DNA of 36,240 nucleotides, taken from NCBI GenBank assembly GCA_051941275.1, contig JAVEBF010000063.1, positions 1 through 36,240 on the forward strand, in the 5' to 3' direction. Position numbers and translations under genes: made by a program. Source of the DNA: Dirinaria sp. TL-2023a (lineage: Eukaryota). Of this stretch, positions 34,798 to 36,240 are shown piece by piece. Positions within the stretch are counted from its first letter, which is position 1. Each line of letters starts with the position of its first letter. The notes under the pieces are model-generated. The model ran no database searches and was not told the DNA's origin. It saw only the letters and a list, made by a program, of their open reading frames with translations.

Positions 34798-35907
34798 ATG
34801 CCGCCCCGGCTTATCACTTCTTCGTTCTCCGCCCTCAGCTCTTTTCGTCCCCCCTTTCCATACACATGCCAAAGACTGAGACAGCCCCACGGAGCAGCTT
34901 CTTCTTTCTGGAAATCTAACACTGGACGACGTGCCTCTTCGTATAATCGCTTCGCGAGGGAGGCCCGCACTTTCGGTAATCAATGGAGAAGGTCGCCCAA
35001 TTTCTATTACCATCTGGTCGCTTTGGGCGTTGGCGGCGTGGGAGTATACGCCTACAATCTAGAGAGAGTACCCGTGACAGGACGGCTACGGTTCAACTGC
35101 GTACGTGAAAGCTGGGAATTGCAGGCGTCCAAAAGTGTATACTGGTCGACACTACAACAATACAGAAATCAGATCCTACCTCCGAACCACCCGGACAGTA
35201 TCATGGTGAACCGGGTCTTGCAGAGGCTGATCCCAGCGAGCGGGCTCGGGAATGAAAAGTGGGAAGTGCGGGTGATTGACGACAAGGAGGAGAAAAACGC
35301 ATTCGTGCTGCCGGGGGGCAAGGTCTTCGTGTTCAGCGGGATCCTGCCCCTCTGCCAAGGCGAGGGCGGGCTCGCTGCCGTCCTGGGCCACGAGATCGCC
35401 CACAACGTCGCGCACCATGTCGCGGAGAAAATGAGCCACGGAGCCATCCTCTTCGTGGCGCTCTTTGCTATTTCGAATTTATTGGCTCAGCTGTCTATCG
35501 ATCCCCAGCTGACCGCCCTCGCCTTCCAATACTTGCTCTTGAGCCCGCGCAGTCGCGCCATGGAGAGCGAAGCCGATCACATCGGGCTGCTGATGATGGC
35601 GAAAAGCTGCTACGAGCCGGAGAAAGCCGTCGGCTTCTGGGAGCGCATGACGAAAGCGGAAAAGTTCGCCCCGCCGCAGTGGGCGTCCACGCATCCGTCG
35701 AGCAAGAACCGGATTCTGGCCATCCGGGACTGGATCCCTGCGGCGCAGGAGGCGAGAGCGTTGAGTGGGTGTTCGGGGATGTCGAATCATGCCGATGATT
35801 TCGCGAGGGCGTTTGCGCAGGATCCGGTTGCGAGACAGGTACAGTCGAGGAGGCCGGTGGCCCGGCAGCTCGAGCGGAGAGACGACGATGATGATTATTT
35901 CTTCTGA
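34798..35907 (+). CDS. OMA1: Mitochondrial metalloendopeptidase Oma1 (peptidase M48)
   Basis: Presequence, VPVTGRLRF, NAFVLPGGKVFVFSGIL, LAAVLGHEIAH (HExxH), ESEADHIG and STHP. Confidence 0.94.
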   Translation: MPPRLITSSFSALSSFRPPFPYTCQRLRQPHGAASSFWKSNTGRRASSYNRFAREARTFGNQWRRSPNFYYHLVALGVGGVGVYAYNLERVPVTGRLRFNCVRESWELQASKSVYWSTLQQYRNQILPPNHPDSIMVNRVLQRLIPASGLGNEKWEVRVIDDKEEKNAFVLPGGKVFVFSGILPLCQGEGGLAAVLGHEIAHNVAHHVAEKMSHGAILFVALFAISNLLAQLSIDPQLTALAFQYLLLSPRSRAMESEADHIGLLMMAKSCYEPEKAVGFWERMTKAEKFAPPQWASTHPSSKNRILAIRDWIPAAQEARALSGCSGMSNHADDFARAFAQDPVARQVQSRRPVARQLERRDDDDDYFF

Positions 35908-36240
35908 GATCTAAGGAGAGCGACCATCTTGAATCGATCGGAATCGCCTCTAATTACCTATTCTAGAGGGGCTACACCGCTTTCACGCCACGTGGACTGG
36001 ATCATAGACGCGCTGGAGTAAACCGTCCTATATTTACATATGCAACACGGACAGACAAGGGATCCTGACAGCCAAAAGGAAAGGATTAATTAAAACTCCA
36101 AACCAGCCGAGTGCTGGAGCAAATCCACCCACATAGTTTGGGATAGAAAAAACCCAAAAAAACCCCCCCAACCTCCACTCCAAATATCCCCATGAGATAA
36201 AAATCCGCTCACCTCTTCTCCTTCCACTCCCCCTTCATTG

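Noticed and set aside
36200..36240. Possible 3' end or exon of a minus-strand gene at the window edge
   Set aside because: Too little sequence to support a call.

Overview
Gene-dense, intron-containing DNA from a filamentous ascomycete (Pezizomycotina-type GT-AG introns of about 50-100 nt with CTRAY branch points). About 16 protein-coding genes can be reconstructed: PDS5 (3' end runs off the window), a secreted pepsin-family aspartic protease, a signal-peptide-bearing agmatinase/ureohydrolase, a VIP36-like L-type lectin, a MAPEG microsomal GST, SRP72, a Ser/Thr kinase, ILV3, an Nhp10-like INO80/HMG protein, RMD1/Sif2, a Bud21-like U3-associated protein, a Sel1/TPR-like protein, a three-gene secondary-metabolite cassette (fatty-acid-hydroxylase-type P450, type III PKS, SAM methyltransferase-like), and OMA1. 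I saw no rRNA, tRNA, CRISPR array or intact transposon. The most notable observations are (1) the P450/type III PKS/methyltransferase cassette embedded among housekeeping genes and (2) the agmatinase gene, which has an apparent non-canonical GT-GG intron inside its conserved motif plus an unusually long intron with alternative base-pairings. All family calls come from motif recognition by eye, not database searches.
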